Below, piece after piece: positions 17,353 to 26,796 of a DNA stretch of 64,000 nucleotides. How positions within the stretch are numbered: position 1 is the stretch's first letter; each line of letters starts with the position of its first letter. Both the position numbers and the translations under genes were made by a program. The notes under the pieces are model-generated. The model saw only the letters and a list, made by a program, of their open reading frames with translations. It ran no database searches and was not told the origin of the DNA. Source of the stretch: Bacillota bacterium (GTDB lineage Bacteria > Macinerneyibacteriota > Macinerneyibacteria > Macinerneyibacteriales > DSCS01); the NCBI GenBank assembly GCA_011048995.1, contig DSCS01000064.1:7864-71863 (forward strand). The letters run 5' to 3'.

Positions 17353-18513
17353 TTACTTAAAGGTCTCCTGGCCTGAGAAATCACGATAGAGTGTCAGGTC
17401 GTTGAGGGTCTCCTTGTCTATCCCTGTGAGTTCTCCGACAATGTCCTTTGCGGCATAATAGCCTAATCCCGGCCCCAGCATATAACCCTGGCCGCACATT
17501 CCCACAAGGTTGTAATAGTTCTTGACTTCACGGGTATAACCCACAATGGGGAACCCGTCCGGAGTATTGGGATAAAGTCCCCGCCAAGTCCGCCTTACAT
17601 TCAAATTTTTCAAAACAGGCATCAAATCGATCATTCTTTGAGAGATCTGGGGCAAAAACCGGGATGTAGGACGCTCATCTGTTCCCAAAATCGCCGGAGA
17701 AGGTGTAATGCAGAAGATAAACTGCCCCGTTTTATGTTGATAAAAATAATAGTTCTTTGAGCCCGGAGCTTCTCTCATATCCACGATCATCGTGGGGAGA
17801 AGAGGCAGAACAGCATCAGTGATCCCGCCCTCATGGGAATCAGGATTGACAGGGACTTCGATCCCGGCCATTCGGGCGATTTCTGCGGCATATCCCCCGG
17901 CTGCATTCACAACGGCATCGGCTTTATATTCCTCCTTGTCTGTTCTTACAGAAACTAATTTTTCACCCTTTATCTCCATGGCAGTGACTTTTTCCTTAAA
18001 ACGAAAAATCACCCCATTCTTCAATGCGTTAAAATAAAAGGCATTGACCGAACGCATAGGGGAGGCTGAGCCGTCATCGGGAGAAAAAGTTCCGCCGCGG
18101 AGCCCTTCAGGATTGATCATCGGAAATCGCTCAAGATATTCATCTCTTTCGATCCAGTCGATATTTAGCCCGTACTCTTTTTGTTTGACAAGCAATTCTT
18201 TATAAGTCTTTTCATGGGCCTCCGTATAGGCCGGATAAGAATAACCTCCTTTTTCCCATTCGATATTGTCGCCGTAAGTCTCTTCCCATGTCGAAAAGAT
18301 CTCAAGGCTTTTCTGGCAAAGAAGGATCTTCGAGCGGTCAGAGTGAGTGGCCCGGATTCCTCCGATGGCTCTTTTATTCTGCCCCTGCCCGGGAGAAGGC
18401 TTTTCATCGATCACCAGGACTTTTTTCCCGTCCTGCCCTAAATACATGGCCAGAGGGGTACCGACACTTCCGGCCCCGATAATGATAATATCATAATGAT
18501 TCATTTGTCCCAT
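17353..18513 (-). CDS. FAD-dependent oxidoreductase, sarcosine oxidase beta / L-proline dehydrogenase beta / opine oxidase B family
   Basis: YDIIIIGAGSVGTPLA dinucleotide motif and DAO-family length (386 aa). It overlaps the upstream alpha-like gene by 23 nt. Confidence 0.8.
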   Translation of the reverse strand: MGQMNHYDIIIIGAGSVGTPLAMYLGQDGKKVLVIDEKPSPGQGQNKRAIGGIRATHSDRSKILLCQKSLEIFSTWEETYGDNIEWEKGGYSYPAYTEAHEKTYKELLVKQKEYGLNIDWIERDEYLERFPMINPEGLRGGTFSPDDGSASPMRSVNAFYFNALKNGVIFRFKEKVTAMEIKGEKLVSVRTDKEEYKADAVVNAAGGYAAEIARMAGIEVPVNPDSHEGGITDAVLPLLPTMIVDMREAPGSKNYYFYQHKTGQFIFCITPSPAILGTDERPTSRFLPQISQRMIDLMPVLKNLNVRRTWRGLYPNTPDGFPIVGYTREVKNYYNLVGMCGQGYMLGPGLGYYAAKDIVGELTGIDKETLNDLTLYRDFSGQETFK

Positions 18514-20590
18514 CCTCCTTTATTCCGGCAAAATAGCCCAGCGGTGTATCAAAAAAGAGAGGCCTTAAAGTATCCTTTGTAACATCTTTCATGTCGACTC
18601 CCTCTTCACGCATCAGACGCAAGATAATACTTTGGCATGTCTTTCCTCCGCAGGCCCCCATTCCGGCCCGTGAAACAGCTTTCAACTGGTTGATGTCCCG
18701 GATTCCCTTACGGATCAACTCTCTGATCTCTCCGGCTGTAACACGCTCACAGCGGCAAACGATCTCGTCATCTCTGATTTCCGGAATATATTCTTTAAGG
18801 GGATCGGTTATTTCCCGGTCCGCCTGTACCAGCAGACCTGCCGCTTTTTTTGCCGCTTCCGCCGGCATTTGAAATTGGACAAGATATGTCGCCGACACTT
18901 TTCCGGCCTTTTTTAAACTGACGACCTCATATTCTCCCAATGGATGGCCCTCTTTGTCTGTCACGACAGCGTTGTCCCCGACGGCAAGTTTTTTATCTCC
19001 GAATTCATAAGGCAGGGTGACAAGAGGGTGTCTGCTTTCTTTTCTGAAATCCACCAATGTGACAGCCAATCCCGGACAGATAGCCACGCATTGCATACAG
19101 CCGATGCAGCCCTTTTCTTCAATAAAGACGGGGACATCCATCATATTATCCGGATCGATATAAATAGCTTGCCGAGGGCAAACTGATGTACAGGGGTTGC
19201 AGGGAATTTCCTGGCCGCAGTTGAAGATAGGATAAACGCCTTCATTCGGACGGTCCTTTTCAGATTTTATATCTTTACCGGGCCGGCTTTTGAGTATTCC
19301 CATTTTACGGGTCCACTCTTCAGGGATCTCTTTTTTCTTCTCTTTTAATTTTCCGGCTAATTCCAATCCCTTAATCTTCCCGCTGAACATTGCCGCTGAA
19401 GCCTCGGCGATTTCTTCTGCATCACCCGCCAGAAAACTTTCCATACCAAAATCACAGGCCTGAAAATGAAACTCATTAACGGGATCCAACCCTACGGCGA
19501 TAAGGAGGGTATCACAGGCGAAAGTCTTTTCACTTCCCGGCAGGACACGGAAACGCTCATCCACTTCTGCAATTGTCACACTCTCTACACGCTCTTTGCC
19601 GTTGGCACTCACCACTGTATGACGGGTATAGACAGGAACGCCCATCCGCATCAATTTATCTTTATGAACTTTATACCCGCCTACTTCTTTTTGCGCTTCG
19701 ATCAATCCGACCACATCGATGCCGGCCTGAAGGGCATGATACCCTGCGATCAGCCCCACATTCCCGCCTCCGACGATAAAGAGCTTGTCAGAAGCCTTTA
19801 CCAGATCCCGATTAACCAACGTCTGAAAGGCCCCGGCTCCGTATACTCCCGGCAATGTATTCCCGGGAAAAGGCAAACTTTTTTCACGGGCCCCCGTCGC
19901 GTTCAAGATCATTTTAGGCTGAACAAGAACATAACGATTATTATCTTTTAAAACACCGACCTTTTTGTCACTATAAACGGCAATAGCCGCGGTGTTTAAC
20001 CAAATATCCACTTCCGAGAGTTTTCGAACCTCTTTTTCGAGAATCTCTCCTATCTCAAAACCGCGCGTTCCGGCAAACGAGTCCTCAACGGAACCAAAAA
20101 ATTTATGCGTTTGGAGAACCAGTTTCCCTCCCAATTTTTCTTTATCATCGATCAGAAGGACTTTCACGCCGGCTTTTCCTAATTCCAACGCCGCAGTCAA
20201 CCCCGCAGGGCCGCCGCCGATGATTAAAACTTCTGTCTTGACTTCTTCTATTTCATGAAACTCTCCCGGGGCAGCCTCCTCTGGCAAAGCCGGGAGGCCC
20301 CGAAGAGGTTCAATTCGCATATTTTGACGTAAAGGAGTCATACAAGCCTTGAGCGGCCGGCCATTGATAAGGACCGTACATTGCCCGCATTGTCCATTGG
20401 CGCAAAAAAGGCCCAAGGGAGCCCCGTCCTTACTGTGATATGAGAATGTTCGCACTCCGTTGGCAAAGAGAGCGGCGGAGACCATCTCCCCTTCTCTTCC
20501 TTTCATCTGATGCCCTTCCCAAAAAAACACAATATCATTTCCGGAATTAATATCCAGAACCGGGTGCTCCTTAATACGGTAATCAGCCAT
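18491..20590 (-). CDS. Multi-domain Fe-S flavoprotein: N-terminal 2Fe-2S (SoxA/HcnA-like) + FAD/NAD(P) pyridine-nucleotide-disulfide oxidoreductase + 2x[4Fe-4S] ferredoxin + BFD-like [2Fe-2S] domain
   Basis: CANGQCGQCTV..NG...ACMT (2Fe-2S). VLIIGGGPAGLTAA and FIVGGGNVGL (two Rossmann motifs). C..C..CP and CIGCMQCVAICP (ferredoxin). CRCERVT......I......GACGGKTC (BFD-like). Confidence 0.8.
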   Translation of the reverse strand: MADYRIKEHPVLDINSGNDIVFFWEGHQMKGREGEMVSAALFANGVRTFSYHSKDGAPLGLFCANGQCGQCTVLINGRPLKACMTPLRQNMRIEPLRGLPALPEEAAPGEFHEIEEVKTEVLIIGGGPAGLTAALELGKAGVKVLLIDDKEKLGGKLVLQTHKFFGSVEDSFAGTRGFEIGEILEKEVRKLSEVDIWLNTAAIAVYSDKKVGVLKDNNRYVLVQPKMILNATGAREKSLPFPGNTLPGVYGAGAFQTLVNRDLVKASDKLFIVGGGNVGLIAGYHALQAGIDVVGLIEAQKEVGGYKVHKDKLMRMGVPVYTRHTVVSANGKERVESVTIAEVDERFRVLPGSEKTFACDTLLIAVGLDPVNEFHFQACDFGMESFLAGDAEEIAEASAAMFSGKIKGLELAGKLKEKKKEIPEEWTRKMGILKSRPGKDIKSEKDRPNEGVYPIFNCGQEIPCNPCTSVCPRQAIYIDPDNMMDVPVFIEEKGCIGCMQCVAICPGLAVTLVDFRKESRHPLVTLPYEFGDKKLAVGDNAVVTDKEGHPLGEYEVVSLKKAGKVSATYLVQFQMPAEAAKKAAGLLVQADREITDPLKEYIPEIRDDEIVCRCERVTAGEIRELIRKGIRDINQLKAVSRAGMGACGGKTCQSIILRLMREEGVDMKDVTKDTLRPLFFDTPLGYFAGIKEDGTNESL

Positions 20591-20658
20591 ATCCCCTCCT
20601 CGTCTGTTATACCTTCGGGATTATCGATCATTATCTGAAGGATTATTTTTTCAGTAGC

Positions 20659-20686
20659 ATTATACCAAAGGAAATTGTGTTGTAAA
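20659..20686 (-). promoter_or_regulatory. Sigma70-type promoter with extended -10 for the flavoenzyme operon
   Basis: Minus strand: TTTACA (20686-20681), 16 nt spacer, TGGTATAAT (extended -10; TATAAT at 20664-20659). Confidence 0.5.
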
Positions 20687-20719
20687 TCACTTTTTTAGGA
20701 ATACGAAAGAGAAATCCTG

Positions 20720-20980
20720 TTATCGAGATGTCCGGGAAGAGCTCCAATGGTTTTTTCTTTTTTTCAGATAGGCTCTGTGGCATTTTTTTCGAAAAAAGGA
20801 AAAAAAGAGAAGAGCGGCAAAAAGAAAAAAGAAAAACTGAAGGGCCGGGTCCTTTGTCACTAAAGAGAACAATCCCGTCAACAAAGCTGCAATCCCTAAT
20901 CCGGCGCTGTAAAAATGCAAGCTGGTCCATTCCAGGGCCAGAAAAAAAACTCCGACAAAAATCCAGAACAGCAGTGTCAT
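20720..20980 (-). CDS. Small two-TM membrane protein with a basic C-terminal tail (NfeD-N-like?)
   Basis: MTLLFWIFVGVFFLALEW...GLGIAALLTGLFSL. ATGA overlap with the nadE stop. The downstream half is low-complexity, so the exact frame and end are uncertain. Confidence 0.4.
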   Translation of the reverse strand: MTLLFWIFVGVFFLALEWTSLHFYSAGLGIAALLTGLFSLVTKDPALQFFFFLFAALLFFSFFRKKCHRAYLKKRKNHWSSSRTSR

Positions 20981-21792
20981 CCTCTTTCCCTTCCCGGCAA
21001 TGAAAACAGAGGGGGAGGCAGGCATTTATGCCCGGCTTTTTGTATCATCAGAGCCACCGCTGTTTCAACTTTTTCCGGCTCTTCGGGGATAACACGCTCT
21101 TCAGCAAGAGGCATTCCGTAAAACATCCGAATACCGTATTCCAGTTCATCGTAGGTGTATCCGATTTCTCCTTCATCGGTTTGGCCGTTCCACAATCCTC
21201 CCGACGGAACCCGCTTTAAAATCTCTTCAGGGGCACCCAATTCTCGTCCCAACGTGATGACTTCTCTTTTAAAAAGGCCTCCTAAAGGCAAAAGATCGGC
21301 CCCGCCGTCACCGTATTTTGTAAAATAGCCGATCTCGATCTCCGTTTTATTTCCGGTCCCCAAAACCAGGTAATTACGCTTTTGGGCATAAGCATACAGC
21401 AAAGTCATCCTCATACGCGCTTTGATATTGGCTAAAGCAAGTTTTTCTTTACGGTCTTCCACATGAGTCAGGTCCGGAGCCGTTTTTCCGGAGCCTGTGA
21501 GAAGAGCAAATGGCTGAAAAACTGCGGCCAGGTCTAAAAACAAAAACGGGACATCATATGACTCACATAGACTGCGGGCTAAACGCTCATCATCCCGATG
21601 ATTTCCACATGGCATGATCAGCCCCAGAATATCACGGGGGAATGCTTTCCGTGCAGCCAAAAGAGTTACGGCAGAATCAACCCCTCCAGAAACACCCAAA
21701 ACAACGCCCTGTGCTCCGGCATTACGCACATGCTCATAGATCCACAAAGCCATCTCTTCGCTCAAACTCTGATAATCGATCCTAGCCTCCAT
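20977..21792 (-). CDS. nadE: NH3-dependent NAD+ synthetase
   Basis: PP-loop VVLGVSGGVDSAV, TGNKTE..IGYFTKYGDGG, and KR.PSGGLW.GQTDE.E.G. Confidence 0.92.
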   Translation of the reverse strand: MEARIDYQSLSEEMALWIYEHVRNAGAQGVVLGVSGGVDSAVTLLAARKAFPRDILGLIMPCGNHRDDERLARSLCESYDVPFLFLDLAAVFQPFALLTGSGKTAPDLTHVEDRKEKLALANIKARMRMTLLYAYAQKRNYLVLGTGNKTEIEIGYFTKYGDGGADLLPLGGLFKREVITLGRELGAPEEILKRVPSGGLWNGQTDEGEIGYTYDELEYGIRMFYGMPLAEERVIPEEPEKVETAVALMIQKAGHKCLPPPLFSLPGRERG

Positions 21793-22117
21793 GTGTCCTG
21801 ATCCATCCCTTTCCGATACGTCTCTCCCAGTCTTTTATTTTATAAACAGCGCCGTGAATCCCCGGCATGGCCCGGATCTGTCTGTCCAGAGCTTCTAACG
21901 TATAACGGTATTCGTGACTGAGTTTCTCCTGCATCATCTCTTGAGAAAAGGCATAATCCCGCCGGATCTTCATAATTGTCACATCCTGCCGCTCGATCTT
22001 TCCTTTTATGTAAGCCACTCCGTTAATGACCGTAATATCCAGCAGCGAAGTCTGAAGCCCCAAACTGACAATAACTCTTCTGATCATGGACGTTAATTGA
22101 AAATCACTGATGCTCAT
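21782..22117 (-). CDS. Hypothetical protein, weak BON-domain-like pattern
   Basis: 111 aa. The pattern I.V.VINGVAYIKGKI ... MPGIHGAVYKI resembles BON-domain periodicity. It is coupled by overlaps to both neighbours. Confidence 0.4.
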   Translation of the reverse strand: MSISDFQLTSMIRRVIVSLGLQTSLLDITVINGVAYIKGKIERQDVTIMKIRRDYAFSQEMMQEKLSHEYRYTLEALDRQIRAMPGIHGAVYKIKDWERRIGKGWIRTHGG

Positions 22118-23255
22118 GCCTGATATACCGCTTTATTGCTTCACGGCCCTCTTCTTCGGAAATAAGCTTCTCCCGGACCAATGATTCAAAAAGGTCTTCC
22201 AAATAGGCCTTGTCAACCATACGGATCATATCGTCCCATAGCCCTTCGATGATCTCCTCTTTTAGAAGGGGTAAGTCTTTTAAAAGCTCTGTAACACGAT
22301 GTTTATCGGTTTTAGTTTTCATTGCAAAAAAGATTTGGAAGATTCCGGCCATGGGGTGTCCTTCAAGAGAGCCGATAAAGTCTTCCAAGGCGTCGGTTGC
22401 GTCCTTCACCATTAAAAGTCGGAATTTCAGCATATTAGCCGAATAATAGGACGGATTTACAGCCAGCGCGCGGTTGCAATAATCAAGTGCTTTTTCGATA
22501 TTATGATCTGAATAATAATATTCCGCCAACCGATAGGCCACATCCGGCCAATCAGGGTGCTGAGCAAAGACATCCAGGAGCAATTCCCTGGCCCTGTCAA
22601 AACGTCCTACCTCAGATTCCACATAGGAGAGCTCCAACCCCATCTTATCATGATGGGGGTTTGTTTTCAGCCCTTCCCCTAAAGCCTGTGCAGCCAGTGT
22701 CAGCTCTCCCTGGCTGTAACAAAGCTGTCCCAGGGAAAATAAAAGGTCATCCTTTTTTCCCCCTGCATAAAAAGATGCAAAGAAGTAGAGAAAAGACCGT
22801 CTCCAACGGCTGTCTGCCTGAGACATATGCCCCAAAATAGAATAATAATGAGAAGCGAATTCACCCGTGAAAAAAAGCTTCTTCAAAAGGGCTTTGTTTT
22901 TCTCAAGCTGGGTCGTCACATCCAGGAACTCAACGGAAGGATAATTTTTCGGGAATACCCCGTCTGCTGCCGCTCCCTGAGCCATAGCCGCCCGGGCTCT
23001 GGTGTATAACTCATAATGATCGTTGATCCGGTTCAGCTCCTCCATATATTTTCCGGCCTCTTCTGTGGCCCCTGCACAATAAAGAAGAACAGAATACGGA
23101 AACAGAATATCAGGATACCCTTTTTTTTCCTTAAGCATTTGTTTAAAGAATACAAATGCCTCCCGTGTATCCTCCTCCACCCTTTGGGCCAGGACAGTCA
23201 ACTCTTCTTCGCGAATGGGTTTTCTTATATTTTCATCCATTGTTAAAGATATCAC
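22104..23255 (-). CDS. Cytoplasmic TPR-repeat protein
   Basis: 383 aa with multiple TPR-like repeats (e.g. A.RLAEYYYSDHNIEKALDYCNRALAVNP). The GTG start is coupled (GTGA) to the upstream stop. ATG at 23240 is the alternative. Confidence 0.65.
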   Translation of the reverse strand: MISLTMDENIRKPIREEELTVLAQRVEEDTREAFVFFKQMLKEKKGYPDILFPYSVLLYCAGATEEAGKYMEELNRINDHYELYTRARAAMAQGAAADGVFPKNYPSVEFLDVTTQLEKNKALLKKLFFTGEFASHYYSILGHMSQADSRWRRSFLYFFASFYAGGKKDDLLFSLGQLCYSQGELTLAAQALGEGLKTNPHHDKMGLELSYVESEVGRFDRARELLLDVFAQHPDWPDVAYRLAEYYYSDHNIEKALDYCNRALAVNPSYYSANMLKFRLLMVKDATDALEDFIGSLEGHPMAGIFQIFFAMKTKTDKHRVTELLKDLPLLKEEIIEGLWDDMIRMVDKAYLEDLFESLVREKLISEEEGREAIKRYIRHEHQ

Positions 23256-24448
23256 CTGTTTCTGTACTTCTCAAGTGCTAACCCCAATAATTGAATGCTT
23301 CGCTTCATGTCTTCCTCTTTCAACACATACGCAATACGGATTTCATCAGTCCCTTTTCCGGGAGTTCCGTAAAATCCGCTCGCAGGAGACACCATAACTG
23401 TTTCATTTTTATAAGAAAAGCTTTCCAAAAGCCAACGGGCAAAATCCTCGGCATCTTCAACCGGTAATTTGACCACCGTATAAAAGGCTCCGGCCGGTTT
23501 ATGAAAGGTTACACCTTCGATGTGTCCCAGTTCTTCAAAAACGACATCCCGCCGTTTTTTATACTCGAGACGCGCTTCTTTCAGATAATCATTTTTGACT
23601 TCATACATGGCTACGGCCATGACCTGGTCGATAGTGGGCGGACAGAGACGGGCCTGAGCCAAAACCATAGCCGCATCAATAAAATCCGTATTTTTTGTGA
23701 TCATCGCACCGATCCGTGCACCGCAGGCCGAATAACGCTTTGAGACAGAATCAATTAAAATGACACGTCGGGCCTGGTCAGGAAAGTGCATAACACTGAC
23801 ATATTCACGGTTGTCATAGACAAATTCATTATAAACCTCGTCTCCGATCACTGTCAGATCATATTCATCAGCCAACCGGAAGACTTTTTCCATATCCTCA
23901 CGGGTATGAACAGTGCCTGTGGGGTTATTCGGCGAGCAGATGAGTATCGCCCGAGTCTTATCGGTCATGGAACGTTTGATCTCTTCTTCGGAAGGAAGAT
24001 GAAAACCGTTTTCCACTTTCGTCGTCAGCGGTTTGATTTTGACACCGGCCATTTTCGCAAAACCGTTATAATTTGCATAATAAGGCTCAGGAATCAGGAC
24101 TTCATCGCCTGTATCCAAAGAAATCATAAAGGCAAAGTAGATGGCTTCACTTCCTCCATTGGTTACCATAATATTTTTTTCTGCAATATCATACCCGATC
24201 CCTTTAAAATACCCGGCCATTGCATGGCGCAATTGGGGTATGCCGTTGGAAGGAGCATATGAGAGCACCTTTTCATCGAACCTTCTCATGGCCTCAAAGG
24301 CTTCCGGTGGAGTGGGCACATCCGGCTGGCCGATATTAATATGATAGACTTTGATCCCCCTTTTTTTTGCAGCATCGGAAAAAGGCACTAATTTCCTTAT
24401 AGGTGACGGGGGAATGGTACTCATTCGCTTGCTTACAGGCATTTTCAT
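23252..24448 (-). CDS. Class I pyridoxal-phosphate-dependent aminotransferase (aspartate/aromatic type)
   Basis: INIGQPD, NGGSEA, NPTG, and SVSKRYSACGARIG (the PLP-lysine motif SxSK....G.R.G). Confidence 0.88.
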   Translation of the reverse strand: MKMPVSKRMSTIPPSPIRKLVPFSDAAKKRGIKVYHINIGQPDVPTPPEAFEAMRRFDEKVLSYAPSNGIPQLRHAMAGYFKGIGYDIAEKNIMVTNGGSEAIYFAFMISLDTGDEVLIPEPYYANYNGFAKMAGVKIKPLTTKVENGFHLPSEEEIKRSMTDKTRAILICSPNNPTGTVHTREDMEKVFRLADEYDLTVIGDEVYNEFVYDNREYVSVMHFPDQARRVILIDSVSKRYSACGARIGAMITKNTDFIDAAMVLAQARLCPPTIDQVMAVAMYEVKNDYLKEARLEYKKRRDVVFEELGHIEGVTFHKPAGAFYTVVKLPVEDAEDFARWLLESFSYKNETVMVSPASGFYGTPGKGTDEIRIAYVLKEEDMKRSIQLLGLALEKYRNR

Positions 24449-24461
24449 CTCCTTGTCATTA

Positions 24462-24498
24462 AAAAAAAGGCACGAAGATCAATGTTCTCCGTGCCTTA
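24462..24498 (-). terminator. Rho-independent terminator after tonB
   Basis: Minus strand: AAGGCACG - 15 nt loop - CGTGCCTT followed by a T-run of six. Confidence 0.6.
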
Positions 24499-24522
24499 TC
24501 CATTTAGAGTCGTAAAAACGTA

Positions 24523-25149
24523 TCAGTGAAGGGTAAAATTGTACGTGAAACCCCACCATACGCCAATGGGAACTCCATTGTTTTCTGCCGGTTTAAACTT
24601 TGCTTTGAGAGCGGCCCTCATCGCAGACTGATCCAGAGCCGGGGAAACACCCTTAAGCAACACGACATCTTTAACATTTCCGTCGACATCGACATAGACC
24701 TTGAGAGAAACACGGCCTTCCAGCTGTGCTTTTCGGGCCATTTCAGGATATTCCGGCATGGGTTTACTCAAAGTGACCGGAGCATTAGAATACGGAATAA
24801 AGGCATCAGGCGGAGGAATCGTTGTATCCACCGCTTTTTGATCCAAGTCAAGATCCGTATCCGCAATGGTCGCCTCTTCGTCGATTTCCTCATCAGGTTC
24901 GGCTTCTACGACCTGCTTAGGCTTCTGAATGACCTGAGGCTCCGTGGGCTCCTGAATCACTTCTGTCTGTTCGACAACATCGATGTTGACATCTCTGATC
25001 TTCTTAGGCCTGTATGGAGTAGGCTTTGGGCTGGGTATGGTCCACATCATCAGAAGCATCAGCGCAAAACTTGCAATGAGCGCTATCCGCGTAATCTGCG
25101 GAGACATGTCCTGCAGACGTCTTACATGCTGTTCTGCCATACTCATCAC
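24523..25149 (-). CDS. tonB: TonB-family energy transducer
   Basis: N-terminal TM anchor, Pro/Glu/Lys-rich spacer (PTPYRPKK..EP.EPQV.QKPKQ), and C-terminal TonB_C domain (YPE.A.....EG.V...V.V...G.V). Confidence 0.85.
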   Translation of the reverse strand: MMSMAEQHVRRLQDMSPQITRIALIASFALMLLMMWTIPSPKPTPYRPKKIRDVNIDVVEQTEVIQEPTEPQVIQKPKQVVEAEPDEEIDEEATIADTDLDLDQKAVDTTIPPPDAFIPYSNAPVTLSKPMPEYPEMARKAQLEGRVSLKVYVDVDGNVKDVVLLKGVSPALDQSAMRAALKAKFKPAENNGVPIGVWWGFTYNFTLH

Positions 25150-25568
25150 CTCCCGCCACTTTCAACATTCGCGCCCAAAACGACCCGGAGAGCCTGAGCC
25201 TCTTTCAATTCCTCAAAGACAGCATCCACGATGCCGTAACGGGCATTGCGGTCTGCTTTGATTTGAACGATCAACTCACCGTTGGTCTCAAACATCTTTT
25301 GGTCCATAAGATTGCTGACAAATTCCAAGGGGACAAATTTGTCCTCAATGGCCACTTTTCCCTGATCGGTGATCCAGATAATAGCCAAATTCTTCATTTG
25401 CAGCTTTTCAACTTTTTCAGCCAAGGGGAGTTGCAGATCGACACCGCTGTCTACCTTGAACACCGTAGTCACCATAAAGAATATGAGCAAAAGGAATGCT
25501 ATATCCGCCATAGATGAAGTCGGTATTTTGGCGTCAACGCCTTTCTTTTTTCGTTTGATAATTGCCAT
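25146..25568 (-). CDS. exbD: ExbD/TolR family protein
   Basis: 140 aa. SSMADIAFLLLIFFMVTT is the signature TM segment. Overlaps tonB by 4 nt. Confidence 0.88.
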   Translation of the reverse strand: MAIIKRKKKGVDAKIPTSSMADIAFLLLIFFMVTTVFKVDSGVDLQLPLAEKVEKLQMKNLAIIWITDQGKVAIEDKFVPLEFVSNLMDQKMFETNGELIVQIKADRNARYGIVDAVFEELKEAQALRVVLGANVESGGR

Positions 25569-25579
25569 GACTTCCCTCG

Positions 25580-25990
25580 CTATCGTTTCTTATTCACTTG
25601 TAACGAAATCTTTTTCATTCCGATTTTCTTCATTTCGTCGAAGATTCGCAACATCCAGTCATAACGGGCATTTTCATCTGTTTTGATAATAACGACCAGC
25701 TTGTCATTTTCTTTCATACGCGCTTCCACATAACCGGAAATCGTCGCCGTGTCCTGCATAAGCTGATCATCCACATAGATGTTTCCCAGACTGTTAATAA
25801 AAATCTTACACAGATTCTGTTTGGGGATCTTCGCCGAACCTTGAGCTTCTCCGGGTAACATGATAGAAAGGCCTTTATCATTAAAAAAACCGGTGGTTAC
25901 CATGAAAAAGATCAATAATAGGAATGCAATATCCGCCATGGATGAATCGGGGATATCTTCATTCGTTTTTAAACGGCTTTTCCTTAACAT
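25580..25990 (-). CDS. exbD: ExbD/TolR family protein (second copy)
   Basis: 136 aa. SSMADIAFLLLIFFMVTT and the K.D....Y..........K motif. Confidence 0.88.
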   Translation of the reverse strand: MLRKSRLKTNEDIPDSSMADIAFLLLIFFMVTTGFFNDKGLSIMLPGEAQGSAKIPKQNLCKIFINSLGNIYVDDQLMQDTATISGYVEARMKENDKLVVIIKTDENARYDWMLRIFDEMKKIGMKKISLQVNKKR

Positions 25991-26004
25991 GCGTCCCCCT
26001 TCAA

Positions 26005-26628
26005 TTATTTCGCTGCAGATTGAGTTTTCAGAATTTCAATAAATTCTCTTGTGCTTTCCTCGACACTCAAAATGATTGAAGAGACTTTAGCTGTAAAATA
26101 GTTGTAGAAAAGGTTAACAGGAATAGCAATTGCCAGACCTGAAGCTGTTGTGATCAACGCTTCTGAAATACCGGAAGCAACAACTGTCGCCTCAACACTT
26201 CCTGCCATGGCGATCGCATCAAAGGCATGGATCATCCCAAGAACAGTGCCGAGAAATCCGATCATAGGCGCGATGGTAAACCCGGTGACCAAGAAAGTCA
26301 GGTTCTTTTCCAGGAAAGCAAGCTCAGTGTTGGCTATGCTCTCAATTGATTTTTCAACTTCGACCATATTCCCGTTTGTCTGCTGGAATTTCAACAATCC
26401 GGCTCTCATAATGGAAGGCACCGGGCCGGGAGTCATCTCACACACCTCGATAGCTTCATCAACATTTCCCTGAACAAGGTGAGACTTGAATTCCACCAAG
26501 AATTTTTTTGCTGAACGTGTTGATTTGGCATAAACGATAAAACGTTCGATGATAACAAAGAGTGACATCAAAGCCACGACGGCGAGAAGATACATTACCG
26601 TTCCACCTCTTACAAAAAGTTCCATCAT
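26005..26628 (-). CDS. exbB: ExbB/MotA/TolQ family proton channel
   Basis: 207 aa, three TM segments. The conserved region APM.GFLGTV.GMI.AF and SEALITTA.GL.IAIP. Confidence 0.9.
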   Translation of the reverse strand: MMELFVRGGTVMYLLAVVALMSLFVIIERFIVYAKSTRSAKKFLVEFKSHLVQGNVDEAIEVCEMTPGPVPSIMRAGLLKFQQTNGNMVEVEKSIESIANTELAFLEKNLTFLVTGFTIAPMIGFLGTVLGMIHAFDAIAMAGSVEATVVASGISEALITTASGLAIAIPVNLFYNYFTAKVSSIILSVEESTREFIEILKTQSAAK

Positions 26629-26659
26629 AATAAAAACCTCCCTGTTCTGTTTTTTTACA

Positions 26660-26688
26660 AGTATAGGTTCCGCTCAGGCAGAAGTCAA
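26660..26688 (-). promoter_or_regulatory. Sigma70-type promoter for exbB-exbD-exbD-tonB
   Basis: Minus strand: TTGACT (26688-26683), 17 nt spacer, TATACT (26665-26660). Confidence 0.45.
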
Positions 26689-26796
26689 TAGAAATATTAT
26701 TCTGTAAAGGAGGAAAACCCTTTTCCCTTTCTTCTTTCATATGAGAAGAAATGAGAGGCGGCAAAAACGAAATATATTAATAATGAGAGTCTGGCT

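Noticed and set aside
20643-20930. Alternative 95-aa ORF in another frame over the A/T-run region downstream of nadE
   Set aside because: The competing frame (20720-20980) starts with an ATGA overlap on the nadE stop and encodes two clean TM helices. The 95-aa product is low-complexity. Both remain low confidence because of the homopolymer runs.
24526-25197. 223-aa plus-strand ORF covering the whole tonB gene in antisense
   Set aside because: It lies exactly antisense to a gene with clear TonB architecture and operon coupling. Its product is Arg/Ile-rich low-complexity with no motifs. This is a typical shadow ORF.
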